Positions 1 to 9,433 of a stretch of 64,000 bases of DNA are shown here, piece after piece (the stretch's first letter is position 1; the number at the start of each line of letters is the position of its first letter). The translations under genes were made by a program, and so were the position numbers. Source of the DNA: an uncultured delta proteobacterium (GTDB lineage: Bacteria > Myxococcota_A > Polyangia > Polyangiales > Polyangiaceae); NCBI GenBank assembly GCA_963716725.1, contig CAVQUB010000013.1, positions 320,001-384,000 of the forward strand, written 5' to 3'. Below the pieces are notes generated by a model that was not told the DNA's origin, searched no databases, and saw nothing but the letters and a program-made list of their open reading frames with translations.

Positions 1-2287
1 ACCACTCGACGCGGGCGTCCAGCGCCACTTCCGGCCCCCGAGCTGCGCCATCGAGCGCCACCACGTCGACGTCGCGGCCTCTGACCAGTCGGCGCGCCTC
101 CGCCCGCAATCGATCATCGACGTCGCTCTCGGCGATCAACGAGAGCGCTCGGTCGGCATGCTCGGCGCCGTCCAGATCCCCGGCAGGCAGGACGTCGGCC
201 AACGCCAAATGCAGGTAAGCAGCGCAATGAAGATCGTCAGCGCCCCTCGCCCGGGCGAGGGCGTCGTTGGCGGCGTCGACGGTCTCGGCGACGGCGCCAG
301 CCGCAGCGTAGGCGGCCGCGCGCGCCAAGGCAGCCCGAGCGGCGTCACGGGGACGCCCGAGGTGCTCGAACAAGAGCACGGCCCGCCGCGCTGCCTCGAG
401 CGCCTCGGCAAGGTGACCGAGATTGGTGGCCGCGGCCGCGAGCCCGGTGGAGTACGTCGCTTCTTCCAGCACGGCCCCTGACCGGGTGGCGTGGTCCACC
501 GCGGCCCGAAAACACTCCAAGGCCTTCGCTGCTTCGCCGGACGCATGGAAGACCGCGCCTCGGACCGCCTCGAGACGCGCGCGTTCCTCCGCGCGCACCG
601 CGACTGCCAGCCCGTGCTCGGTGTACTCGAGCGCCCTCTTGCGGTCGCCGTCTCGGAGCGCCGCGAGCGCATGCACTTCGAGCACGGCAGGGCTGTCATC
701 CGCCGCGGCCAAGTGCTCGCGGCAAGCAACCAGATCACCCTGGTCGAAGGCGATCCGAGCCAGAACCGCCCGCGCCCGATCCTTCGTGCCGCCGGCGGCG
801 CCGACACATTCGCTGGCCACAGCCTGAGCCGCGACCGTGTCCCCCGACCGACGCGCGACCTCCGCGAGCTCGATGCGAGCCTCTGAGCTCTCGCAAGCAC
901 GGAGCACGGTCAACGCGCGACCCAGCTCCCCTCTCAGGCACAAAGCATGGCCCAGCGCCACATGCAGCGCCGGGCTGGGATCGCTCACCAGCACGTTCTC
1001 CGCGGCGTCGAGCAAACGTGGCTCGGTACCACCGGCGCCGAGCGCGAGCGCCACCGCGATGGAGTCCGACGGCATGGGGACCGCCACGCTCACTCCCGTG
1101 TCGACCGCGCGGGCGGTCAGGCCCTCGGGCTCGGTCTCATGGCAGAGTTCGAGCAGACGCTGGGCGAGCTCGGCGTCCGTGCGCACGCCCAGCGCAGGCC
1201 AGCGGGACGCCGCTGGGCCGATCAACCGCACGAGCCAGCGCGCCCGGTCGAAGGCGTCCAGGTCGCGGAAGCGAGGAGCTGGCGTTTCGGCCCGGACCCC
1301 GCGAGCTCGGGCCAGTTTTTGCGTGAGATCCGCGACGCGCCCGAGCCATTGCGCTGGCGCGCCCGTGACCTCGATCCGGACTTCTCGGCTGGTGGCGCAA
1401 GCGACTATCTCGCGGCGACGGACGGCGAGGTACGAGCGCTCGACCGCGCGGCGCCGACGCTCGATGCGAGCCGCGACGGGGTCGTCTCGACCGAGGGCCT
1501 CGAGCGCGCGCTTTCGAACCCATGCGGCGCCGGGGCGCGCCCCGGGAGCGGGCGCCAAGAGCGCACCGATCACGGCAGCGACGTCGGCCGGCAAAGCCAC
1601 CTCGCCGGCCGCTCGAGCCGGATCCGAGGCCGCCGCCACCTTCGCGCTCGCGATTTCTGCGAGGGCGATCCCGAGCGCGAACAAGTCGCGTGCACGTGCG
1701 TCGCCATGCGCACCGGGCAGACACGCTTCGGGAGCGAGATATCGTAACGTCGCGCCGCGGGGCACGGCTTCATCACTCCGCGACGACAATCCAAGATCCA
1801 CCAGACGAGCAGATGGACCCGAAGCGCTGGATTCGACCACGATGTTCTCGGGTTTCACGTCGCCGTGCGCCAACCCGGCTCGATGCAGATCGGAGAGCGC
1901 TTCGCCCACGTCACGAGCGACGGCCCACAGCACGCCAGCTCTCTCGCCAGCGCGGAGCAGACTGGGGACAACGGCCGCGCCGGGCGCGCGCTCGAGAGCT
2001 ATCCACGCATGGCCGACTCGATCCGCGAGGGCGGCTACGCCCGCAGGAACGCGACCTGCGTCGAGGAGGTTGGTGAGCGCCCGGGAGCCCGCGAACAGGA
2101 GGCGTTCGGCCTCGGAGCACAGCTCCGCGCCGCGCGGCGACGCGCTCACCTTGATCGCGACCGACCGTCCCGTGGCGTCCCGAGCGGCCCAAACTCGACC
2201 GCCGGCGCCCTCTCCGAGGGCTCCCTCGAGGACAAAGGGGAAGCTCTGGGCCGCCAACTTAGATGACACCTGCTCTGGCCTGCTCAT
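1..2287 (-). CDS. Ser/Thr protein kinase with C-terminal Ala/Leu-rich TPR-like helical region; 3' end runs off the window
   Basis: Manual translation from ATG at 2287: MSRPEQ...LGEGAGGRVW...VAIKV...HGDVKPEN...DLGL...RYLAPE (Hanks kinase motifs), then helical repeats. No stop seen before position 1, which explains its absence from the ORF track. Confidence 0.88.
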   Translation of the reverse strand, partial: MSRPEQVSSKLAAQSFPFVLEGALGEGAGGRVWAARDATGRSVAIKVSASPRGAELCSEAERLLFAGSRALTNLLDAGRVPAGVAALADRVGHAWIALERAPGAAVVPSLLRAGERAGVLWAVARDVGEALSDLHRAGLAHGDVKPENIVVESSASGPSARLVDLGLSSRSDEAVPRGATLRYLAPEACLPGAHGDARARDLFALGIALAEIASAKVAAASDPARAAGEVALPADVAAVIGALLAPAPGARPGAAWVRKRALEALGRDDPVAARIERRRRAVERSYLAVRRREIVACATSREVRIEVTGAPAQWLGRVADLTQKLARARGVRAETPAPRFRDLDAFDRARWLVRLIGPAASRWPALGVRTDAELAQRLLELCHETEPEGLTARAVDTGVSVAVPMPSDSIAVALALGAGGTEPRLLDAAENVLVSDPSPALHVALGHALCLRGELGRALTVLRACESSEARIELAEVARRSGDTVAAQAVASECVGAAGGTKDRARAVLARIAFDQGDLVACREHLAAADDSPAVLEVHALAALRDGDRKRALEYTEHGLAVAVRAEERARLEAVRGAVFHASGEAAKALECFRAAVDHATRSGAVLEEATYSTGLAAAATNLGHLAEALEAARRAVLLFEHLGRPRDAARAALARAAAYAAAGAVAETVDAANDALARARGADDLHCAAYLHLALADVLPAGDLDGAEHADRALSLIAESDVDDRLRAEARRLVRGRDVDVVALDGAARGPEVALDARVEW

Positions 2288-2451
2288 TCCTCGGGAATTC
2301 CGCTTGGATTCAAGATACCGCCAACTTCGTACACGGTCCAGGGGCCTGGGCAATCGGCGCGACGAAGGCGCCTGCGGGAGTGACGGGGCTTTGCCCGAGA
2401 TCGTACCCTAGGGGCACGGTCCAGCATCTGGCGGGGCCGACGCCGAACGCG

Positions 2452-3312
2452 ATGCGAGACGTCACCCGAGCGCTGCTCACCCTTCTGACGAGCGGGAAAC
2501 GCGGCGCGCTCGCGACGGTAGTGCGCGTTTCGGGTTCAGTGCCCCAAGAGCCAGGTGCGCGGCTCTTGCTCGCGCCCGATGGTTCGACCACCGGGACCGT
2601 TGGCGGAGGCGCAGTGGAGCGAGCGGTGCTCGCAGCTCTCGAGGACTGCCGCGCTCACGGTCGGCCCGAGCTCATTGTCTATGATCTGGCCCGTGACCTT
2701 GGGATGTGTTGCGGCGGGCGTATGGAGATCTTCGTGGAGCCAGTCGAAGCCGAGCAACGCCTGATCGTCTTCGGCGCCGGGCACGTCGCGAAGCCCACCG
2801 CAGCGCTAGCGCAACAGGTCGGATTCGCCGTGACCGTCGTCGACGACCGCGAGGACCTCGCGACCGAGGCGCGGTTCCCTGGCTGTACGCTGATCCAGGC
2901 CGAGCCGCGCGAGGCAGCGGCTCGCCTGGCGCCGCGGGCCGAAGACTGGTTGCTGATGGTCACCTACGACCACCGGCTGGACGAGGAGGCGCTCGACACC
3001 TTCGCGCGCCTCCCCCACCGCTACCTCGGCCTGATCGGCAGTCGCCGCAAGATATTCAGGATCTTGCAGCGCATCGCGAGCCGCGGTCCGCTGCCGCCCC
3101 TCGAGCGGGTCTACGCGCCGGTGGGGCTGGACATCGGCGCGGTCTCGCCGGAGGAGATCGCCGTGAGCATCGTCGCGGAGCTGGTGGCACTCCGCCATGG
3201 CAAGGCCGCCGGCCACATGCGCGCCATCGACGATCCCCGCGTCCAGCGCGTCTTGGGCGGCGAGATCTCGGTCGAGGCGGCGGCGCTGCTCGAGCCGGGG
3301 GAGCCCCAATGA
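2452..3312 (+). CDS. xdhC: XdhC/CoxI family xanthine dehydrogenase accessory (Moco insertion) protein
   Basis: GSVPQEPGARL, GTVGGG, LGMCCGG, FGAGHV, GLIGSRRK, PVGLDIG..PEEIAVSIVAE motifs; near xdhAB. ATG 2452 chosen as start. Confidence 0.9.
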   Translation: MRDVTRALLTLLTSGKRGALATVVRVSGSVPQEPGARLLLAPDGSTTGTVGGGAVERAVLAALEDCRAHGRPELIVYDLARDLGMCCGGRMEIFVEPVEAEQRLIVFGAGHVAKPTAALAQQVGFAVTVVDDREDLATEARFPGCTLIQAEPREAAARLAPRAEDWLLMVTYDHRLDEEALDTFARLPHRYLGLIGSRRKIFRILQRIASRGPLPPLERVYAPVGLDIGAVSPEEIAVSIVAELVALRHGKAAGHMRAIDDPRVQRVLGGEISVEAAALLEPGEPQ

Positions 3313-5447
3313 ACGATCGGAGGCGCCGCGATCGATTTCCGCCCGAAGCACTGACGGACGACGACTTGCCCACCGAGGAGCACACAGCGCTCGACTCACC
3401 CGGAGCGCTGCTGACCGATGACGACATCGAAGACAGCATTCAGACCGTGGAGCGCCGCCTGCCGGCGGGTCTCTTCGACCAGAAGCTGCCGAGCTTCGAC
3501 GACACGGGCACACTCACGCTGCCTCGGAACGCCGCTGGTCGGCTGATGCTCGGGCAAGGCCCCCCGGCGGCGCCGCGCGGACTCGGGCCGCCGCCCAAAC
3601 CAGCGCGCCCGTCACTCCGTTCATGGGCGACCCCGCCGCCCAAGCCAGTCCGCCGGCACGATGTTTTGGAAGACTCCGGCGAGCTCGCACCGACGCCCGT
3701 CCGTCGGATATCTTCGCTGCCGGCGGCGCGGCCCCGCATGCCATCGATACCGCCACCGCTCCCGCCGCCGGCGCGACTGCCGCGACCGCCTTCGCTGCCT
3801 CCTCCGCTACCACCACCCGCGCGGCCGTCGTCGCTCCCGCCACCCGCCCTACCGCCGCGGCCACCATCGCTTCCGCCCCCGCCGAGGATGCCTTCGGCGC
3901 CCGAGCTTTCGCCGGCGTTGCCGAGGCCCCCGGCGCCCGCCCGGCGCCCGCAGAAGAAGCGGGCCCGTCCCGCGCCGCCGGAGCCGTCCCTGGGGGACGC
4001 GACGCGCGACTTTCCGCTGCAGGCTCCGGAGCGAGGCCGACCGGAGGCGTCGCCTTCGCACACACCTCCGCCGCTCACGGCCTCGACCCCGCCGCCGGCG
4101 ATCGCGGTGTCACCCACTCCGGTCGTACCCAGGTATTCGGCTCCACCTCCTCGCCCGCGCAGCCCTCCGGCCACCGCCGCGAACCGGCGCGGCGACCGCG
4201 TGCCCTCGGTCATGGAAATCGCCGGGCGCACCCTCGGGCTCTCGAGCCCCAAGGCCCTGTCAGCCGCCATCGGGGTGTTTGCAGCACTCGTGGTGGGAAT
4301 GCTCGTGATCATGATCGCCAGCTCGCTGCGGGACGGCGATCGCGACCCGCCTTCGCCTTCGGGGCCGGTGATCGCCGCTCGCCCGCTGGGCCCGCCGATC
4401 CCGGCGGAGGTGCCGACGGCGGCCACGCCGGCGGTCGCCGCGACTCCAACGCCCGCTCCCACCCCCCTCGGCAGTTGTCGCCTGGTGACGGTTCCTCGCC
4501 GCATCGCCGGCCCCGCCATGCCGAACGTGCCGACAATGGCCACCGCCGCGCCAGGCCAGAGTCGCGTCGCCATCGGCTACGCTTCGGGAACGAACCGCGC
4601 GGAAGGCGTGATCGTCAACCTCGACAGTCTGTCCGTCGAGCCGCGCTACGCCGAGGACATGTCGGGGCCAGTCTTCCGCGTTACGCCGCTGACCGACCGC
4701 GCACCCGTCGCCTTCGCGGTGGATCGCGACGACCCCCGGCTTCAGAGCGTGCGCACCATCCCCTCCAGCCCGCCCCTCAGGGTGGGCACGAGCTACTTCG
4801 GGTTCGTGCGCATCAACGACAACTCGAACCCCACGGTGATCTGGCCGGGGGCGCGCTTCGACGGGATCAGCGAGCCCTCCTTCGCGATCACCGACCGTGA
4901 CGGCTACGGCATCACATTTCGTGCGGGCCGAGGCAGTGGCGATGTGCTCGCGGGCTGGCTCACCAAGTCAGGGACCGCCGATGGCGATCTGGGTCGCGTC
5001 GACGCGGGCGCCCGGGAGGTCGGTGCTCCGAGCATGGCAGCGAGCGACAAGCAGGTCGTCGTCGTATTCGCGGCTCGAGGCCCCGGCGAGCCCTGGCACC
5101 TTCGAGCCGCCAGCGCGCCGCGAGGCAAGGCGCCGACGCTCTCGCGCGAGCTCGCGCCGATCCAGAGCGGTGGGGCGGACGCGCTCGCGCCCGTGGTCCT
5201 CGCCCTGCCGAGCGGTGGCTTCTTGTTGCAGTGGCTCGAGGGGCCCGCGGGGGCGCGGCGGGTGATGGCTCGGACCGTCGACGACGCGCTACGTCCCCAG
5301 GGCGTGCCCATCGAGCTGGCACAGGGTGCCGCGATCGTCGACGCGCCGGGCGCGCTCACGTTCCGCTCTGGCAAGGTCCTCGCGATCCACCTCGCCGCGG
5401 TGGACAAGAGCGTCGAGCTTCGCGCCGCGGTGCTGGTCTGCGGGTGA
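3309..5447 (+). CDS. Proline-rich single-pass membrane protein with C-terminal extracytoplasmic beta-rich domain
   Basis: ATG overlaps xdhC stop (ATGA); acidic N-terminus, long Pro-rich tract, hydrophobic AAIGVFAALVVGMLVIMIA segment. Confidence 0.7.
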   Translation: MNDRRRRDRFPPEALTDDDLPTEEHTALDSPGALLTDDDIEDSIQTVERRLPAGLFDQKLPSFDDTGTLTLPRNAAGRLMLGQGPPAAPRGLGPPPKPARPSLRSWATPPPKPVRRHDVLEDSGELAPTPVRRISSLPAARPRMPSIPPPLPPPARLPRPPSLPPPLPPPARPSSLPPPALPPRPPSLPPPPRMPSAPELSPALPRPPAPARRPQKKRARPAPPEPSLGDATRDFPLQAPERGRPEASPSHTPPPLTASTPPPAIAVSPTPVVPRYSAPPPRPRSPPATAANRRGDRVPSVMEIAGRTLGLSSPKALSAAIGVFAALVVGMLVIMIASSLRDGDRDPPSPSGPVIAARPLGPPIPAEVPTAATPAVAATPTPAPTPLGSCRLVTVPRRIAGPAMPNVPTMATAAPGQSRVAIGYASGTNRAEGVIVNLDSLSVEPRYAEDMSGPVFRVTPLTDRAPVAFAVDRDDPRLQSVRTIPSSPPLRVGTSYFGFVRINDNSNPTVIWPGARFDGISEPSFAITDRDGYGITFRAGRGSGDVLAGWLTKSGTADGDLGRVDAGAREVGAPSMAASDKQVVVVFAARGPGEPWHLRAASAPRGKAPTLSRELAPIQSGGADALAPVVLALPSGGFLLQWLEGPAGARRVMARTVDDALRPQGVPIELAQGAAIVDAPGALTFRSGKVLAIHLAAVDKSVELRAAVLVCG

Positions 5448-5477
5448 CCTCCCCGTGGTAGCCTCGGAGCGGCTGCC

Positions 5478-6872
5478 ATGGCGATCCGCTTCACGTTGAA
5501 CGGCGAGAGCATCGAGCTCGACGACTTCGATCCCAACACGACCCTGCTCGGGTTTCTCAGGGCCCGGGGCCTCACCGGCAGCAAGGAGGGCTGCGCGGAG
5601 GGCGAGTGCGGCGCGTGCGCGGTGGCGCTGGTGCGACGCGACTCCCGAGGCAATGCCCGCTACGAGCCCGTGAACGGCTGCCTGATGCCCCTGGGCTCGT
5701 GTGCCGACCAAGAAATCGTGAGCGTCGAGGGCATCGCGCAGGGCGGCGCCTTGCACCCGGTCCAGGCCGCGATGATCGATGGCGGCGGCTCGCAGTGCGG
5801 GTACTGCACCCCGGGCTTCGTCGTCAGCTTGTTCGCCGAGTACTACCGGCCTGGGCGCGCCGAATACGACCCCGAGGCCATCGCCGGCAATCTCTGCCGC
5901 TGCACCGGCTACCGACCGATCCGGGAGGTCGCCGAGCGCCTGGGAGAACCCGCCGAGGACGATGCCTTCAAGAAGCGACTCGCCCTGGCACCGCCCGCGC
6001 TCTCATCGCTGCGGCACGAGTCGCCCACCGGACGCTTCCTACGACCGTCGACGCTCTCGGAGGCGCTGACGCTGCTCCAAGGCAGCTCCGACGCCGTGAT
6101 CGTGGCGGGCGGCACCGACGTCGTCGTGGAGGTCAACCAGCGGCATCGACGACATGGCAGCTGGTTGTCCCTCGAAGGGGTGAGCGAGCTCCGGAGTTTC
6201 GAGGTGACCTCGAGCGAGATCCGCATCGGCGCGGCGCTGTCGCTGAGCGAAATCGAAGAGCGCACCGAGCACAAGGTTCCGATGCTCGAGCAACTGTTCC
6301 CGCTCTTCTCGTCGCGCCTGATTCGGAATCGCGCCACGCTCGGCGGCAACCTGATGACCGCGTCGCCCATCGGGGACAGCCCACCAGCGCTGTTGGCGCT
6401 GGACGCGCAGGTCGAGCTGGCCAGCCTGTCCGGCGTTCGACGGGTAGCCTTGACCGACTTCTTCACGGGCTATCGCACCACCGTGGCCAAGGCCGGCGAG
6501 CTGTTGAGCGCGGTGCTGATCCCCCTGCCGCTGCCCGACGTGCAGCGCTTCTACAAAGTGAGCAAGCGGGTCGTCGACGACATCAGCACGGTGGCGGCAG
6601 CGTACTCGCTCCGGCTCGACGCCGCGGGCAAGATCACCACGGCGCGCTTGGCCTACGGCGGCGTGGCGGCAACGCCCGCCCGCGCACGCGATGCGGAAGC
6701 GGCGATGCTCGGACACTCGCTGGACCGCGAACTCGTGCAGCGGGTGACACCGCTGCTCGCCAGAGCCTTCTCGCCCATCGGTGATCACCGCGGGAGCGCC
6801 GACTACCGCGCCACCATGGTCGTGCGCCTCCTGGAGAAATTCTGCTTCGACTGCCAAGGGAACACGCCGTGA
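5478..6872 (+). CDS. xdhA: Xanthine dehydrogenase small subunit (2x[2Fe-2S] + FAD)
   Basis: KEGCAEGECGAC, QCGYCTPGF, GNLCRCTGY, AGGTD, IRNRATLGGN, YKVSKR..DDIS motifs. Confidence 0.95.
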   Translation: MAIRFTLNGESIELDDFDPNTTLLGFLRARGLTGSKEGCAEGECGACAVALVRRDSRGNARYEPVNGCLMPLGSCADQEIVSVEGIAQGGALHPVQAAMIDGGGSQCGYCTPGFVVSLFAEYYRPGRAEYDPEAIAGNLCRCTGYRPIREVAERLGEPAEDDAFKKRLALAPPALSSLRHESPTGRFLRPSTLSEALTLLQGSSDAVIVAGGTDVVVEVNQRHRRHGSWLSLEGVSELRSFEVTSSEIRIGAALSLSEIEERTEHKVPMLEQLFPLFSSRLIRNRATLGGNLMTASPIGDSPPALLALDAQVELASLSGVRRVALTDFFTGYRTTVAKAGELLSAVLIPLPLPDVQRFYKVSKRVVDDISTVAAAYSLRLDAAGKITTARLAYGGVAATPARARDAEAAMLGHSLDRELVQRVTPLLARAFSPIGDHRGSADYRATMVVRLLEKFCFDCQGNTP

Positions 6873-9191
6873 CTTTGCTGGGAAAACCGCTGCCCCACGA
6901 GAGCGCCCGGGAGCACGTCACCGGCGCCGCGCTCTACACCGACGATCTCGCCGGCCGCTTTGCCGGGCTGCTGCACGCCTGGCCCGTGACCGCCCCGCAC
7001 GCCCACGCCCGGGTGATCTCCGTCGAAACCGGCGACGCGCTGACGATCCCGGGCGTCGTCCGGGTGCTGACCGCCGAGGACGTGCCGGGAGAAAACCAAC
7101 TCGGCGTGGCCCAGGCCGACGAGCCGCTGTTTCCGTCGGAGGTCATGTTTCACGGCCAAGCCGTGGCGTGGGTGCTCGCCGAGAGCGAAGAGGCCGCGCG
7201 GCTCGGGGCGCTGGCTGTCGAGGTCGACTACGAAGCGCTGCCCGCGGTCCTCGGCTTCGAAGAAGCGCTCGAAGCCGGTGAGTTCCTGACCGAGGAGCTC
7301 CGCTTGGCTCGGGGCGACGCCAAGGCCGCCCTCGAAGCTGCGCCGCGCCGGCTCTCGGGGGAGCTGCTCGTGGGCGGACAGGAGCACTTCTACCTCGAGA
7401 CGCAGGCGGCGCTGGCCCACGTCGACGAGCACGGCCAGGTGTTCGTTCACTCGTCGACGCAGCACCCCACCGAGACCCAGGAGATCGTCGCGCGACGTGC
7501 TCGGCGCTGCACAAACACGCAGGTCACCGTGCAGTGCCTGCGCATGGGCGGCGCCTTCGGCGGCAAGGAGGTCGCAAGCCAACGCCTGGGCGGCCGTCGC
7601 CGCGCTCGGGCGCCGCCTGACCGGACGCCCGGTGCGCGTGCGGCTCAACCGCGCTCAGGACATGACGCATGACCGGCAAGCGGCACCGCTTCCTCGGTCG
7701 CTGTCGAGGTCGGCTTCGACGACGAGGGCGCGCTGCTCGCCCTGCGCATGCGAGCTCTTCGCCGACGGCGGCTGGAGCCTCGACCTCTCCGAGCCGATCC
7801 TCTACCGCGCGCTGTTCCACGTCGACAACGCCTACTGCATCCCCAACGTCGCGCGTCACGGGCCGCGTCGTGCGCACGCAACAAGACCTCGCAGACCGCC
7901 TTCCGCGGCTTCGGCGGCCCGCAGGGCATGCTCGTGATCGAGGAGATCATCGGACCGCATCGCGCGCACGCGCTGGCGCTCGACGCCGCATGACGGTGCG
8001 CGAGCGCAACTTCTACCGCGAAGGCGACACCACCCCCTACGGCACAGGCGGTGCGCGACGCCGAGCGCATTCCGCGCATCTGGCGCGAGCTGGTCGCATC
8101 GAGCAGCTTCAGCGAGCGCGTGGCGGCGAGATCGCCGACGTCCAACGCGACGCCACGCCGCACCGCAAGCGCGGCCTCGCCATCACGCCGGTGAAGTTCG
8201 GCATCTCGTTCACCACTTCGTTCTTCAACCAGGCCGGCGCGCTGGTGCTCGATCTACACGGACGGCACCGTGCAGATGAACCACGGCGGCACCGAGATGG
8301 GCCAGGGGCTGCACACGAAGATGCTGCAGATCGCCGGCGCACGCGCTCGGCGTGCCGCTCTCGAGCCGTGCGCCTGATGCCGACCAGCACCGACAAGGTG
8401 CCCAACACCTCGGCGACGGCGGCGTCGAGCGGCTCCGATCTGAACGGCGCCGCGGTGAAGGACGCCTGCGAAACGCTGCGCGCTCGCTTGGCCGCGGTCG
8501 CTGCCCGCGAGCTCGGCACGAGCGACGACCAGATCGTGTTCGACGACGGCAAGGTCTTCAGCAAGTCCGCCCCCGAGCGCTGCCTGACCTTCTCGGAGCT
8601 CACGCACCGGCATACCTCGAGCGGGTCCCGCTCTTCGCCACCGGCTTCTACCGCACCCCGGACATCCACTTCGACAAGGCTACGGGCAGCGGCAAGCCCT
8701 TCCACTACTTCGCCTACGGCGCCGCCGTGACCGAGGTCGAGGTCGACGGCTTCACCGGCATGTACGAGATCCGCCGCGTCGACATCCTGCACGACGTCGG
8801 CGACTCGCTGTCGCCGCTGGTCGATCGCGGCCAGATCGAGGGCGGCTTCGTTCAGGGCCTGGGCTGGCTGACCCTCGAGGAGCTGGTGTGGGCCCCGGAC
8901 GGCCGCTTCACCACGCCCAACGCTTCCACCTACAAGCTGCCGGGGCTCGGCGAGTGTCCACCGGTGTTCGAGGTCACGCTGCTCGAGCGGGCTGCGGATC
9001 CCGACGTCATCCACGGCAGCAAGGCCGTGGGCGAGCCGCCGCTCATGCTGGCGATCAGCGCGCGGGAGGCGCTGCGGCACGCCGTCGCCGCCTTCGGGGG
9101 GGATCACTCGGGCATCGTCGAGCTCGGATCCCCGGCGACGCCCGAGGCGGTGTTCTGGGCCATCGAGAAGCTCCGCGGGAAGTCCGGCTGA
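6869..9191 (+). pseudogene. xdhB: Xanthine dehydrogenase molybdopterin-binding subunit, broken by many frameshifts between about 7570 and 8620 (pseudogene or consensus error)
   Basis: Conserved XdhB blocks lie in alternating frames: [83 protein letters not shown]. Confidence 0.9.
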
Positions 9192-9284
9192 AGGTCTGTC
9201 GAAGAATGGCGGAGCGCAAGCCGGCGGAGCCGGCCCACCCCGTCGGCCCGTCGGGTGTCACGCAGCGCGTCGCGTGGGGTGGGG

Positions 9285-9330
9285 CCCCAACGAATTCACT
9301 TCGGTGGGGCGGGGAGGCGCGTGCCTCCCC
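9285..9330. repeat. Two adjacent GC-rich hairpins (REP-like palindromic unit or transcript-stabilising structure) after xdhB
   Basis: CCCCAACGAA-TTCAC-TTCGGTGGGG (9285-9309, one mismatch) and GGGGAGGC-GCGT-GCCTCCCC (9311-9330, perfect 8-bp stem); no U-tract. Confidence 0.5.
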
Positions 9331-9433
9331 GATGACAAAGTGAAAGAGCTGTCGAATTTTCGATAGCTCTTGAGCGCTCGCGGCGCCGAGGCGTCGGCTT
9401 GTACGCTCCAGACGCCTCCACTAATCTGTCCCG

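Noticed and set aside
837..2411. 524-aa plus-strand ORF and many similar long Arg/Ala/Pro-rich ORFs throughout the track
   Set aside because: These are antisense or off-frame shadows of real genes, expected at this GC content; they carry no recognisable motifs.
7570..8620. Programmed frameshifting or phase variation in xdhB
   Set aside because: There are too many scattered indels, and they are not at slippery or simple-repeat sites.
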